Positions 35,141-49,523 are shown, numbered from the whole stretch's first letter. The stretch is 60,440 bases of DNA, filler included, from Sphacelaria rigidula (GCA_964200075.2; 3 parts of 3 records of this genome joined end to end with filler, not necessarily neighbours in it); one strand, 5' to 3'. The notes: generated from the letters alone by a model not told the origin. A program made the numbers and translations.

Positions 35141-38100
35141 CTGCCGAGAACCGGTTCACTTGCTTTTAGAGTACAACAACCTCAGCCGGAACTTTGACGT
35201 TTTCTACACGAGCGTATCAAGCTTACGAATGAACATCTGCCGGGCGGGGAAGGAGAGACTGGTGAAGTTTCGGTTACTTCCGCGTCGGAAAACCATACAC
35301 ACGGGGTGTCGCCACAAATCCGTCGTCAGTACCTCTTCAAGAGGTGGGTAACATCCCGCGTAAAGGTGTCGCCATTGGCGGCCGTAGAGTCGTGGGGATG
35401 GCGGTTTCAACTCCGGGCGGAAAGGCGAAGAAAAGACGCACCCCGCCCTACTCCGGGAGAGACACACCCCCGCATGCTGACGCACGGACCTCTACACGAC
35501 AGAGGACTGGCGCAAATCCTCCGGGGATCGTTATCGCATGGGGAACATGACCTGAGCAACAAAAGGCCGCATTGCAGCACAGGCACGGCGTGAAGGGAGA
35601 TCAGCTATTGACGCCTTACCCTCCACAGACGACTTCGACCCCCGCATCCCCGGGTGATGCATCAGCAGGGCGTCCTCGAGGGCCGCCGGGAGAATTTGCC
35701 ACATCACCGCGAAACGGTAAGAAGCGCCAAGGGTCGCCGTGCTCCTCGAAACCCACTCCTTCCGACATCTCAGCATCAAAACTGAAGCAGAGAAAGAAGA
35801 AAAAAAAGGCGACACATGCAGCTACACCCGCGCTCGACCATGGTCTGGTTCAAGACGTCGGCACGTCATTTTCGGCGGCTTCGGATCAAGGGGAGATCGT
35901 GCCGGCGCCACTGGATGGGGCTTGCAGCGACCTGATGACGAGTGTGGGAGGTCAGGCAGCATCCCCCAGCATCCCCCAGCATCCCCCAACAGTGCTCATG
36001 GTGAACACCATACGCGCGGTGAAATGGGGAGGATCTCGACGCGACGCAGGAGTTATCAATCCACCCCTGGCGATGGTGATATCTGCAGGACGGAGAAGTC
36101 CGTACGGCCGGGGTCGCACCCCGCGAGTGGAAAAAGCCAGCGACGAGGACGTAAGCGTGTAGGCGGCCGCGATGTGTGTGGAATCGACTTCCCCCTCGTG
36201 GACGATGCACGCACGAATTGCTTATCTTGCGGTCGGGCGCACGACGCGGTAGCGCGACTGTGCATTGCGTACCACCAACCCGGTCCTGGCGCAGGCAACG
36301 CATGGCGGCATCTCGGTGGGGCACGGTTGTTAGAGGCTCGGCAATTTTTGGGGTCGTGTGCGGATGGCCACGATGTGCGCCCGGATGCGCTTCTGTAGAG
36401 CTACTAATCGAGTTCGGATTGTTTATGCAGTCGGCATGATTGTTTCTTGCCCTCCCTTGAGCGACACAGACGGTACAATGACACCCCCCCCCCTTCTCCT
36501 TGCTCGACACCTCCAACGGTTGGTTTAACCTCCCCTTTTGAACCAGCCGAGCCTGAGTTTGCCGCAGAAGCACGCGGAAGAGTAATTGCGGACCTTGAGG
36601 CGGGGCCCGTTGTGAATATGAAGGACGTTCAATCATGGCTGACAGATGCCACGACCACAGCAAATGCTCGGCCTGTTGCCCACAAGCATACCTACAGGCA
36701 AGCGGTGGAAATTATCGATTCGGTGGCTGCTGCCGGCACAGCCGGTGCCAGATTAGAAAAGATTGGTGCGGGTGAGGGTGCTGCGCGCGATGGACGGCGG
36801 GTGGCGCCAGAGGTGGTTGTGGCGGGTGTAAGCTTTCGGCCGGGATCTGGATTGGAGATTCAGACTCAGAGTTCAGCGGGTCTGAGAAGGAGGACTCGGC
36901 ATCGGAAGCGGGTTACGGCCATGATGATGATTTCGCGTTTTGATTGAATCGATTGGATTTTTCCGAGGGATGTTTTCTGTACATACGTTGTACGCGTAGA
37001 TCTGTAATAGTGGATGTTGTCTGCTCCATTACGTAGTCATATACCGTTCCTGGTGTGTATAGTGAAGGTGTTCAGTGCATGGTGCGACGCGCCCTTGGGT
37101 GCATCGGTGTATGGCGAGTAGTGTGGCGACGCCCTCTGCCGAATCCCCGATTTTGCGATACTGTATGTGTTAATATCAATATAAATGGCGCGAGTGTGTC
37201 GCCGCCGAAGATGAGTCGGCAGCGAACGATGATAATGAAGTTAACCTCTTGGAATACTGTGCAGCACGATAACCGCACGCGGGTAACGTCTGCGCGTTGG
37301 CTGGCTCTGAGGGCGCCCTCCTAAGCCTGCGACCTGCCAATGACCGGTGACATGGGTCATATGCTCACCATTCGAAGAATTATATGGGGTGATTCTGTTC
37401 ATCCCTCTCTCCTACACACGCTACCTCCTGAACTCCCCCCCCTGCACCGGTTTGGGCGGTCGGTGTACCCAGCTGGCCCCCCTTAACACACACCCAACCC
37501 CTGACCGCCGTGTCGCCCTTTTGATTCCATTCCGAAATACTACCGTTTCGTCGTCAGGCGACCATAAAATTTGCGGAGGGAGCTTTCCATTGACGATTAA
37601 AAAACAGTCAACTGTAATATTCGTATATACACACATCCCTTCGAAACAGGGCAGCATTCCTTTATACGCTGAAAGCTAACCTTATATACCCCCACGCCAT
37701 TCATATTTGGGTCCCGGCAACCGGATGTTTGGGGCCCTGCGTGAAATAAAAAATCCAGAGAACATACATGAAGTCACGGAAATTTCCCACAAATGATTTT
37801 CACGTAGACGCCAAGATGTCGGAAATCGGATTCGAAATTTGAATGGCGTATATCAGTTACCGATAGCTGCGTGGGGTGGAGGACCCTCACCATAGTTCGA
37901 GGAATTTTTATTGATAATATTTTTTTCTTTCTTGTTATCATCGTCACTGGAATGCTCCATCCTCAACTTGGATAATCGGCGATTCTGACGACACGATCAG
38001 TACATGCGAACAAGTGTGTGCGTGCGCGTTGTCACTTGCACAGCGATCTCATCAACACGCTCAAATCGCCAGTCCAACTACAACGACACGCGCATGTCTG

Positions 38101-39839
38101 TCATGTCTCTTATACGGATGGGCAACGCTGAGGGTAAAATGTATGACTGCGGGAGGATATCCCCAACACTTGAAACGAACTGAACGCGGCGCAATTACCG
38201 CCGGTTCATTCTGGATATCATCTGTGATGGGATGCTATTTTTCGCCGCATCTCACATGTAGTAACACCCTTGACTGAGATGGCAATATCTCGGTACACAC
38301 TGCAGCTCAAGACACATATCAAGTTGCTCTGTGTAGCTGAGACGCATGTTTACCAGCCCTCCAGTTTCTGGTGGCGCGGACCCTTGCCGCAAAATTAAAG
38401 CTTAAAGTAAAGTGAAGAACTTATACTGCACATGCTCCACTATCCCGACGGTCAATTGAAATGTTCTTTGTCTTGAACGACGGCTAGCGGCTCATTATAT
38501 CTTCCCCTAGAGTTTCAGCCTCAATGCAGTCGTCAGTAGTGAGTAATCCTCTGTCGCGTGAATGACGGTTATATTGGAAAATTACTTCTCCGCTTGTACG
38601 AAAATCCCCAACTTTTTTAGGGGTATTCATCGCTGGTTTGTGGGCTAGACCGGATGGAATTGAGCCAGACTGAAATGAGAACGTAGTTTCAGATACACAC
38701 TACAGCTGTGTATCATTTTCGTTGTGATCTTACCCTCTGTCCACTTCGTTGACTTCGTCGCGTCTCGATTTTGGGGGTGGTGGTGGGAAACGTGACACTA
38801 ACACCAGGTGAACACTGCTACAGCGTGCGTTTGCCCCAGGTGGCGCACGCCGGAGTGAAAGGCCGCCTCCGCTGCTGTAATGGCTGCCTGTATCTTGGGC
38901 GAAGGTGTACGGTAACACAGCGCTATGGCACGAAAGCCGCCTGTAACATTTCACACCCTAGAGATTTTTACACACCGTTGTCTCGAAGTGTAGCGTTGCA
39001 GTTACCAACTTCATGTAATACAAGCATGAAACAAATTACAGTCGGCAATATATTCTATACTGTGCGCAGTACACTCTTCAACATTATGTGCGTACTGACT
39101 GTAGAATCTTTGTCCAGGATCTGGTACATTTCCACACATAATATTACTCTGTGAGATCGTGGAAAATCCTCGACATCTGGACCAACTGTAGGTGAGGCAA
39201 TCGCCAAAATATTCACTTGCAAACTCTGCTCCAGTACACTGTAAGTTGATATCGCCAGAAGGACACTACCATAGCCACCTTGCCGGCTGCCAGATTGTCA
39301 GGACGTAGTATCCGCTAGCATTGCTACTGTCTATAGGGGGATGTTGCCCCCTTGTCGGGTAAGTGGGGAAGGGTCCATGGCAGAACGCGGTGATTGCGTG
39401 AGAGAAGCTCAACCTTGACGTGTCGAGGTTTTCGAACCGGAAACGTTCAGCCTAGACCCTCACATATATGGCGGGGCCTAGATGCTCTTTCTTTTCTGGT
39501 TTTCTGCGAGCGTTCATCCCTAACTGGGCGAAGATTGACGATGACGCCGGAAGGGTCCGTTGCCGTCTGCGAGCCCGACCGAAATTGTACCTACTATAAT
39601 CGACATCAGGCAGGAAGTGGCGAAAAGAAAAAATCTGATGAGAATAGTATCCACCGTTTCAATGTAGACCGGGCCCTCAGCGACTTGTGCAGCCACGGCT
39701 GCGGCTCCGACACCTTGCTATGGTACAAACGAACACATCCTCCAAGTTTCGGCGTCACCACAAGCAAGGTGCGGATTTTTTTGACGTCTAAGCTTCATAA
39801 ACACTGCCTCCACATTATCGAATAGGAATTACACTGGGT

Positions 39840-40151
39840 TGGGAACCTTGATGAGGATTTGACAAATCCCTTTCTAACGTGTTTCCGTCGTATTCTTGTA
39901 CTGTTTTTGAATGTTCTCCACTAACTCGTCTACTGAATTTGCGTTCACCCCCCACACCCTTAACATGTGAGATACAAAGAAGCCCAAGTCGATATGTTCA
40001 AATCAGGCGATTGGGAAGGTTGAATCACAAGCTTTACTAACCCAACCTCATTCCTGCAGAGTTGAAGAGTTTTGAGATCGTTTTTCCTCGTGTGGAGGCT
40101 CGCGCCATCTAGCTGCCTTAATGCTCGCTTCGAATGTATCCATCGCATCAT
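39840..40151 (-). pseudogene. Tc1/mariner (DD39D, plant-mariner-like) transposase relic, C-terminal catalytic part
   Basis: RQLDGASLH...KLVIQPSQSPDLNI/DLGFF...NSVDELVENI...YDGNTLER across frameshifts. Matches the QQDNA.PH...QPPNSPDLNVLDLGFF signature. Confidence 0.82.
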
Positions 40152-40272
40152 GAGCTCGACAGCAAGGATAATTTCGTCGAGGCATCAGATCTTGTACCAG
40201 TAGTGTTCAAATGGTGAGATACCCATGATGCAGTGTTTAAGTCGTGGCTGTCTCTGGAAGTGGCGATACCAG

Positions 40273-40372
40273 NNNNNNNNNNNNNNNNNNNNNNNNNNNN
40301 NNNNNNNNNNNNNNNNTTAATTAATTAANNNNNNNNNNNNNNNNNNNNNNNNNNNNNNNNNNNNNNNNNNNN
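40273..40372. other. Artificial contig linker N44-TTAATTAATTAA-N44
   Basis: Same 100-nt structure as 20092-20191. Confidence 0.97.
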
Positions 40373-40439
40373 TTGCTTGCCTTAGTCGTGTGACCATTGA
40401 CCACGCATCCCTTTCGAGATGGAGCAAGAGGGGGGAGGG

Positions 40440-40710
40440 GGGGGGGAGTCAGTCAGGACGGAATATGCTGACGGTTCGAATCCCGACAGAACACGACATT
40501 TCCGAGCAGAATCTGGCTTCCACTATTGGAAGTGTGAGGACCTGAGTTTGTTAGACGAGAGTCGACGCCGTGCTAGACAACTGTTGATCCAATCCGACCC
40601 GTGATACAAAACTGTCAGACATGTACCGGGGGAGATATGGATTGACCGCCCCCAGACTACAGACTAGTCCGGAGGTAGGGAACGGGTCAAAATTCAGAGT
40701 ATAACGAGAG
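40440..40710 (+). mobile_element. SINE related to family B
   Basis: B-box GGTTCGAATCCC (~40472). Core GTTTGTTAGACGAGAGTCGACGCCGTGC and TGTACCGGGGG match 17934-18012. Confidence 0.62.
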
Positions 40711-40810
40711 AAAAAAACACACCATGTATACAAATACTCAGTATATAACACCGAAAGTGTGCTTTACTGAAGTTATGTCCTGAAGTTATATCCTGCAGAT
40801 AGCATTTCAC

Positions 40811-43800
40811 CTGATTGAGAAAGCCCTTCTCAGCCTCCGAGAGCAGCACCAATCCGCTGCCCCCCTTGCCAGCGCGCGCCGTGCGGCCGAGTCTGTGTAT
40901 GTACTGAGCCTCATCGGCTGGCATGCCCACCTGTTCAGAGCGAAACACGTCAACAATATATTGATTTCCATGAAATCAAAGGTGAAAATGAAACAACACC
41001 CACTGATTTCTGAAGCAGAGAAGAGAGGGAAGGGGGGGGGGGGGCAAAGAACAGAAGAAAAGAAGAAAAAAGAAGAAGGAAGGGGAGAAGTAAAAAATTG
41101 TGCTGTAATGTGGAGATGTGGAAAATATAGTTATTCCTGTGTTGTCAGTTTTTCGGCTTTCCAACATAGCCGAGGCACGAGGTCACAAGTGTTGCATGCG
41201 CATGTCACATTCCCACCATTTCCCACAAAGCTTCCGCTCGACGGGACAGATATTAGAAGGTACGTGAACAGGATGTACGTGAATTCCTGTGTCTCTTTTA
41301 TATCCCCTGTAGCGCGAAGGATCTTTACGCATCCACACTTGACCCAAGTTAAATATATTTTGACAAATAACTTGAATGATTCTATTTTTCTTCGCCATAT
41401 CGCCCCCTTCCCCTCTTTCCCCCCTCAACATTCCCGCGGGACTGTCACCCCGTAAAATTGTTCCGAAAAATCAGCGCCCCTGCGCTCAACGGGTTATGAG
41501 ACAACTGCTGCAGATGTCACTTGGGTGCATTGAGCCCGTCACCCTCGTCTGCTGGTATCTGCACCAACACAATTTCAAGAACGGATGTTGCCATTGTAAA
41601 TCATACGGACGACATATCAATATCTTCATTGACATCGGGGTGTATCATGTTACTGTGTTTACTTCACCTGGACGACGAGGGTAACATCGGGGTAATCCAA
41701 GCCGCGGGCAGACACGTCGCTGGAGAACATGATGACCCCCTTGCGTTGGCGGAAAGCTTGCGATACTTTCGTGCGCTGGGACTGTGCTTTGCGCGAGTGT
41801 GTCTCGAGAACGTCGTAGCCCATATGGTTGAATAGCTCTGCGTAAGCCTGGGGAGGGCAAGAACAAGAAGCATACACACACAAAACAATAACACGGGTTC
41901 GGAGTCGGAGTGTCTGATGCACATGCTGCCGCAGCAGACCCTGTACAGGAAGTAGAGCACAGCGCGGTGCGTTGCACTTCAGTGCATGCAGAAAAACATG
42001 AAGCCATAAACGCACAAGCATATCCAAAAGTGAAGTGAAGGGGGGGGGGGAGAAAGGGCTACAGAAATAGAACACACTCGCAAAATACATTGTTACCGGA
42101 AATAAACAAGACAACACAGTAACAACAGTAACAACAGTAACAACAGTAACAACGGTGAAACAACAACGTGAGTAAATACGGAACCTCCATAAAAACAATA
42201 AATGACAACAACAAGAGCAGCTGCCATGATTGAGGGAGGATTTACGAACTCGCGACTCTTCTTGAGATGAAAACAAATTACACGCACATTTTCAACACAG
42301 CAACAACACAGCAAGCAACAACCCGATACAAGTACCCTTGTCGCTGACCTGAACAACCCGCGCCGCCACAAAGAACACGATGACCTTATGGTCGGGATTT
42401 TTCTTCTCCTCCGAGAGAGCGGCAGCCAGGCGTGCCATCATATCCGAAAACGGAACTACGGCATACCTGTTGCATTCAACAAACACGCAGACAGACAGTG
42501 ATGGTGAGCACCCTAGATTTCAATTATTCATCTCCTGCACCGGCGTCGTGTTGTTCACTTGGAAAATTGACTCGACAGGTGGTGCATGTACTTACAATTG
42601 TCGACCCATGTGCGGGCTCTCGAGTGGTACGACAGCACACAGCACAGGAATTGCGGCACCAAGTCTAGGTGGCATCAGGTGCTTTCCCCCCTCCCCCACC
42701 CTGTACTTGCAGGTGATTAGACACTCATGAGGCAGTGTGTAATCCGTGGCTGTCTCTGGAAGTGGCGACATCAGAATATGAGGCAAGAAGCAAGTCATTG
42801 CAGGCTGTCATCCATATGCAAGATAATCAGTACACTCGGACCGTACAATATTAGCAGGACGCAGCTCACTCTTCATGCCACTCGCCGAACACACCACGGC
42901 GCTTCGCGCTTGGTGATTGAGTGCGAGCTTGGTCTGGCGAAAACCCGGCATGTTTCGTCCCGGCTGTGTAGGGATGCGAGGTCAATGGTCTGATGACTAC
43001 GACATGCAAGACCATGAATACACTGTATACTTGCACAGGGTTTATTACGTTGTGCTAGGGTATGGTAGAAGTCGCAGTAGGCCTCACCAAAACATGTGGA
43101 TCGCATCTGACAAGAGGACTCCTACTGTGCTTGTACTGCAGTTCTCTGGAGAACGCAAGCTGGTCCCAGGAAGCAAAAAAATACAATATATATATATATA
43201 TATATGTCACAAAAATCCTTCACCTTCAGCAGACTTCCTCGCCCTCCAATCCAGTGCTACCACGAATAAAATAATGACATCATCGAAAATATTGAAGAAA
43301 ATGCCCACGTGTTGGTGGATACGGTACGATGAACGGCATTGGAATTTCTATCCTGGGTTGTGTCTATGGCGTAAATATATTCCGATACTTTGATATTGTC
43401 TTTCTGGCCATTTCCCAATCTACTGAATGATGACACTTCGATCCCGAGGGACGACATCACGAATAACCTCCAGCACAGTTATGCGTACAGTACGATGCGT
43501 ACCGACACAACATGTGTACAATGCTTCGGTTAAGGGCATATCACCCAAAAACTGGCGGAGAACAAATACTGTTCTTGTTCAACCTTCATTTCGGAACATT
43601 TCACATACACACCAACCTTTAGGTGCATCGCTTCCGTAGGGTTCATGGATGAGTGCTTCGTACCCAAAATAAAGAAGTCGAAATAGATTACCCGCATTCT
43701 ACTCCTACGGCCTTTTGTTTTTTCGATCGGGTCTGAGTGTATGCTGTTGCGCAAGACCTTTCCATCGAAGTCATATTGCAGATACCGTCCATTTCTAGCA

Positions 43801-46800
43801 TATTATTTTTTGTTTCGGGGGAGGGGCTTCTTTTGTTTTGTGTTCTTAGTCTACTCTGTGTTGTCTGTTGTATCATTCTATTTTTTTCACTTTTCTTCAT
43901 GAGAGTGTTTCCGTTTTGTTTCATCTCCGATGTATTTATCGTGTGGATAATGACCACGGTAAGGCTGGATCATGACCCCTGGGGGATCAGCCAACATGCG
44001 ACAATCAACCAATCAATCTATCAATCAACCAAGCATGCATGCATCAATGTCCAACCGGAAAACCCATGGAGACACGTAGCTCGAGACTGAGGATGCATAA
44101 CATACCCACACCACCTATGAAACCCTCCTGGAAAATGACATCGTAACCGGAGCCGTCGGTGTGGTACACCAAATATACTCCAGATAGTTTAGACCAAGCC
44201 TGGTGGTCAAAATTAAAAAAAATACAACTGAAAACAGTTACGGTCGGTGAATGCGGGTTGGAATTTGGGCAGGTGCACTTTCGGGGGGGGGGGTTCGGGA
44301 GATATCTAATTTGAAAAGGCGAGGCCATGAATAGCGAAGCAACGGTCGACGCAATGCGAAGTGCTGGTCATGATCCATTCCGCGACGCCACAATGTAAGG
44401 CGTGTACCAGAGGAAGAGAAGGATTGATTCCTTGAGACCACGCAGACTCGTCCCCAGGAAGGGGAGGAGCTGAAAGCGTGACGGAAAGAGAAAAGAAAAA
44501 AAGAAAAATACCCGCATCATCATTATTACAGTATTTATTATTATCGTTATATCCGTCATCTACTCAACGGTTTCTGTGCCATGCCGGATAAGGAATATCG
44601 ATTTGCAACAAGGGATCGCTGCGAGCTTTTTGCCACAGCCTTGCGTTGGCAGGGTCCCGAGCGTCATGTGGATCATGTGCCGTTGACTCCTCCTTGACGC
44701 ACACCACGAGAGACGTACCAAGGTAGTCTCACGCTGATCGCTGGGACTCTCTAGCTTGCATATCAAGGCACAAAGTAAGTCTTGATAAAACCAGCGGAGT
44801 GTGACAAACCAAACCCCGTTGATGTCGGGGTAGCCTCACAGCAAAGTGGAGCACGACCAACATTTCCTGATACATTTGTGATGGGAACATGTCGGTGTAG
44901 CCTTACAACAAAGTGGAGCATGAACAACGTATCCCAATACCTTTTTCACAGAGTATATGCCAGTGTAGCCTTACAAAAAAAAGCCGAGCATGACAAAACA
45001 AAAGTCCTACAAAGTTCTCTGTAGAGCATGTCAAAGTCGATAATCTTCCCAGTGTTTGATCATGGAATACGACGAAACAAAAGTCCTACAAAGTTCTCTG
45101 TAGAGCATGTCAGAGTCAATAACCTTCCCACTATTTAATTATGCAATATGACAAAACAAAAGTCCTGCAAAATTCTCGGTAGAGCATGACGAAATCAATA
45201 ATCTTCCCACTGTTTAATCATATGGAATATTACGGAATCAAAGTTCAACAAAGTTCTCTGTAGAGCATGCCAGAGTCAAAAACCTCCCTATCCATTCAAT
45301 CATGGAACATGACGAAACAAAAATCCTACAAAGTGCTTGCTCTATAGAGCACGCCAGAGTCACTGGTCTCCCCACAAATAGTGGAGTACGACAAATACCT
45401 TACTAAATGCCCTGCAAATCAAGTCACTGTCACCTTACAACAAACAGTACAGCATGACAAATGAACTAAGAGTGACATTCGCCCAAACAAAAAAAATGAC
45501 AAACACACTTCTCACGTTTGTGGGACGTTTTCGTGGGTGCTGGTCTCCTCTCCCACACAATCTATCGTCGCGTACTCCGGGCGCATGGCGAACGACGCTA
45601 TAGATGTAACGTCTGCTGGCATCGTGGCGCTGAACATCATCGTTTGACGCTTGCTCTGGAAGAAGACACAACAAGCGGCAGCCATAGAATATCAGAACGA
45701 AAACAAAGCCGACATAACGAGGGCAAAACTCGATGTTGATGTGATTACTATGTAACAAAATCCGGTGGAAAGCATGGCGGAGAAAAGAGTCGAACATCAA
45801 TCAGCGTTCGCCGCTTGGATTAAGGCGGGTAAGCAACAGCGTAACCCTTCAAAAATAGCGACTGTTTCCGAGTTTTTTTTTACCTTGGGTACTACTGTAC
45901 GTCCAGATTGTGACCATGGCTGGGTGTATTGGTCCCTCGAGGATCATTTGATGTTGAATCGATTCATCGACCGATAAAAAAAAAACAGCATCACCCCATG
46001 AAATAATGCAACAACGCATTCATTTTGTACTATTTCCTTCTCTTGCTCTTCTCATTATCTTCCCTTTTCCTGGTTGGTTTGCTTTGCATCTGCTTGTGGT
46101 CGTTCTTCAGGTGTATTCCCTTCATTGTATCGCCGTGTCTTCCTCGCGTTTCTCCCTGTTTCTAGCGGGCTCTTGCGCAGTTTTATTCACCTTGCGTACG
46201 TCATCCATCTTCTGGATAATGGCCACTGCCGGGTCCCTCGGGGATCAGATAATGTGTGACGCTTACACAGCGACAACACCGACAACAACAAGTTCACACA
46301 CGAGGAACTGTATAATACTCGAGCTGTCGCATACATTAAACGAAAAGCAAACTGCAACCAAGGACTCGCTGTACGTACTACGAAAATCGGTCAAACACTG
46401 ACTGCGGGGCCACCCTCGGAGCGCCGGCGTCAGTCGTGACCTCTAGGCCCACGCATGTAGGTCACCTTCCAAATTCTGAGACTGCTACCTCCACTTCTCG
46501 GAACCGTAATCCTTTGGCGCTCTTGAGCCTCACGTTTTTTTCAATGAAAGGGCGATCACGAGGGGGATAATGTTTACGCGATGGGACCCCGCTTAGCCCT
46601 GACCCGTTTCCCCCTCTCTCGAAAATAGCGTAGGTGCGGTTGATAATGTTCTTATTTTTCGTCTCTCGTTGTTTCCCACCACTTACCCTTACAGTTGCGC
46701 ACCAACTATGCCAACTTTCCCGGTAACGCTTACAGCCCTGTTCCCACTGTAATTTTGTTGGACTACCTGAGAGACCCTCTTTTGCGGGAGTTCACGCGGT

Positions 46801-49523
46801 ACTTCCGCATCGCCACATTCAACCACGTAAACGGTATGCACCCGTGGACGAAGGGGGGGAATGGGGAGAGGGGGGAGAGGATTCCTGACAGACGATAAAC
46901 TGAAACATGAACATTGGAACATGTTCAAGTATCATTGTGGTATACTCTCATCCAATCACTGGCGATTACTGGGTGACGACTGACTACAAGAGATCCCATC
47001 ATTTTCAAGCGCGCTTCATTTGATCCCACAAGTCGTATTTGACCTGTGACTCATGTATTTTTCGCACGGAGGCCGAATTTAGGTGAGTTCCTTTTCCCCG
47101 ACATATTCTACATCCTGTGGGACAGCTTGAGCCACCGTCTCTCGGGCGCAGTTTCAATGATAATGACCTGTGCAGAATAGATCAAGAAAACAACACGGGG
47201 CATCGTAACATAGTATGTATCTTGTACAACAGCGGGCCGCCACTGCACCCAAGAAGCCAAGAGACTGCGCTATACTCTACTGTACTGAAAAGGACGACAC
47301 TGTCGTCATGTTTGCTGCCTCCTGGGGACTATACCCCTCTGACCACCACGGGTCTGAGGATTGTAATGGATGGTGTGAGTCTGAGAACCAAGACTTCCCG
47401 TACGTACAATGCTCAGTCTCAACAACGCTACTGTATTATTACGCAAAGCTCGCTTCATGGGAGGCATGGGGACATTGAATGAAAATAAACATGAAATACA
47501 GGACATAGGCGTCCGCGTGGCCATATTGCGATGGGTTTTTGACGTCGAAAATTGCTGACGATGAGTGATTGCACTATTGTCACATCGTAGTCGGAGAAAA
47601 CAGCAGGAACCGATGTCTGCTGAGGTGTACCTTGCTGGGAAGGTTGTCGAGGATATTTTCGATGGCGTTACGAAAGCCCATCTGCAGCAGGTGGTCAGCC
47701 TCGTCAAAAACGAGGGTATGCAGATCTCTGGCGTCGAATCCCAATTTACAGTTTTGCAGCAGGTCAAGCAGCCTGAGAAGGAGCAATAAGGCACGAGAAA
47801 CACGAAGGAGACAAAAGACAGACGACAAAAAAATGTGCGGGGAAAACGAAAAAAGAAGACAATATATATATATTTTTTTTAAAGGAAAAGAAGAAGAGGG
47901 GAAGAGAACAAGACAAAATGGACTGTACCCACTACGACACAGATACAGATCCATGGATCGCAACAACCCGGCTGGGCCCGGACCCCCTCTGTCTCCGCGT
48001 ACGCGTTATGCCTTTCGTTATAATAACGGTTCCGAGGCCCCCAAAACGGCCAGGTCGACAAAACGCCACCTGCACAGCTGGACGCTATAAGGGATAGTGA
48101 AGCTAGACGATCCCCACCGACCTAAAGTGAGGCCTTGCGTCAAGATGGACCGCCTGAAAGGAGGGACACCATTGTATAAGTAGTTATCATTCAAACATAT
48201 ATAAGGCATTAGTCGGCGCCGGATCATACAGTAGCGACTCGCTCATGAGAAACTGAAAGTCAGACTCAGCCTGATTTTTTTGTATCTGCGAAAGCCCACA
48301 GTATTTGGACATAGTGTAGCGGTCATGACTGAGGCTGAAGAATTTCTTATTTTTCAGGAAAATCTCAGCCTGAATTTCCACAACGCCAATTCTCGTGACG
48401 TCATCAATGTTTTCACTTTCTGACTTCTTGTTTTTATCTATTGTTCCGCTCTGTCCTGTCATGTACCTACCTCATTACCTAACTTCGCTATGAAAATATC
48501 TAGAGATGTGAAAAACATATATTATGTATATATATATATATATTATCTCGAAAATATCATGCGTGTCAGCCTTTTCTCGACATGAAAAATTCGTGCGCTT
48601 TAAGAAAAAATAGTAATCGCAGTTGCGGTTGCTCCGCCTCTCGCTAAGAGCCAGCTTCGAGAAGTCGTACTCGAAACGTTTCTTACCGAAACGTGCCCTC
48701 CCCAATCCCCACGCCCACCCGCATCCAAGATGTCAATAGAAACGCGTGTTCCAAAGACCCTGCCAACCAAAGGTCAAACCTAACTAAGCATGGCGAGAGC
48801 ATCTTCCCTGTACTGAGGGTCTGGATTCCTACAGTGCCCGAAGTCCATCTCCCCTTCCCGCCTCGAAAAAATCACACCGATGCACGTATTGAGGTTCCTT
48901 GTTCCGAGGCAGTCGAAAAAACGTTTGTTCAAAGCTTGATTGCGTACAGTAACATCTCGAAAAGACTGATCCCAAACGGTCCATGCAAGCTTGAACGCAC
49001 AAGAAAAACGTCGTCGGTTGCATACTATAATCGAGTGATTACGGGGTTCCGCGTACTTTTTTGCATATCAACGCTCACGCGCGGACGATCACTCACGCGG
49101 ATTTCTCGAGTTAGACCCTGAGCTTTTGCACACGTGTACTATGGGATATTGCGAAACATTTCATGAATGGAGGTTCATTCACGTTTCGTTCTTCAGAAAT
49201 TCCGGGTTCCAGAAGGCGGCATGAGCCCCGGGATTCTCGCAACCCCGAAGTTTCGGCGGCAAAAACAAATGGAAAAAAAACATCTATAAACAGGTCGTAA
49301 TATCGGATAGGACACATGTGCGAAATTTCAGGGTCTGAGACCGCTTCTTACGGATCGTACTTTATGGGATCGTATTAGTCACTTTTTGGGGCCTTTGACA
49401 CGGTATTTAGCCCTAAAACAGAGAAGCCACCAGAGTGTTTTCAGTTTCGTTTTTCTCGGGTACGTCTATCATGTCACTATTATGAGACCACGGCTGGACC
49501 CCTGGGGGGTCAGTTCGAGTGCG

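Noticed and set aside
38700..39840. Fanzor/TnpB cargo next to the mariner relic
   Set aside because: I saw no RuvC (D..E..D) or zinc-finger motifs in any frame.
44990..45400. CRISPR-like array
   Set aside because: The intervening segments are homologous to each other rather than unique spacers. The context is a eukaryotic intron with no cas genes.
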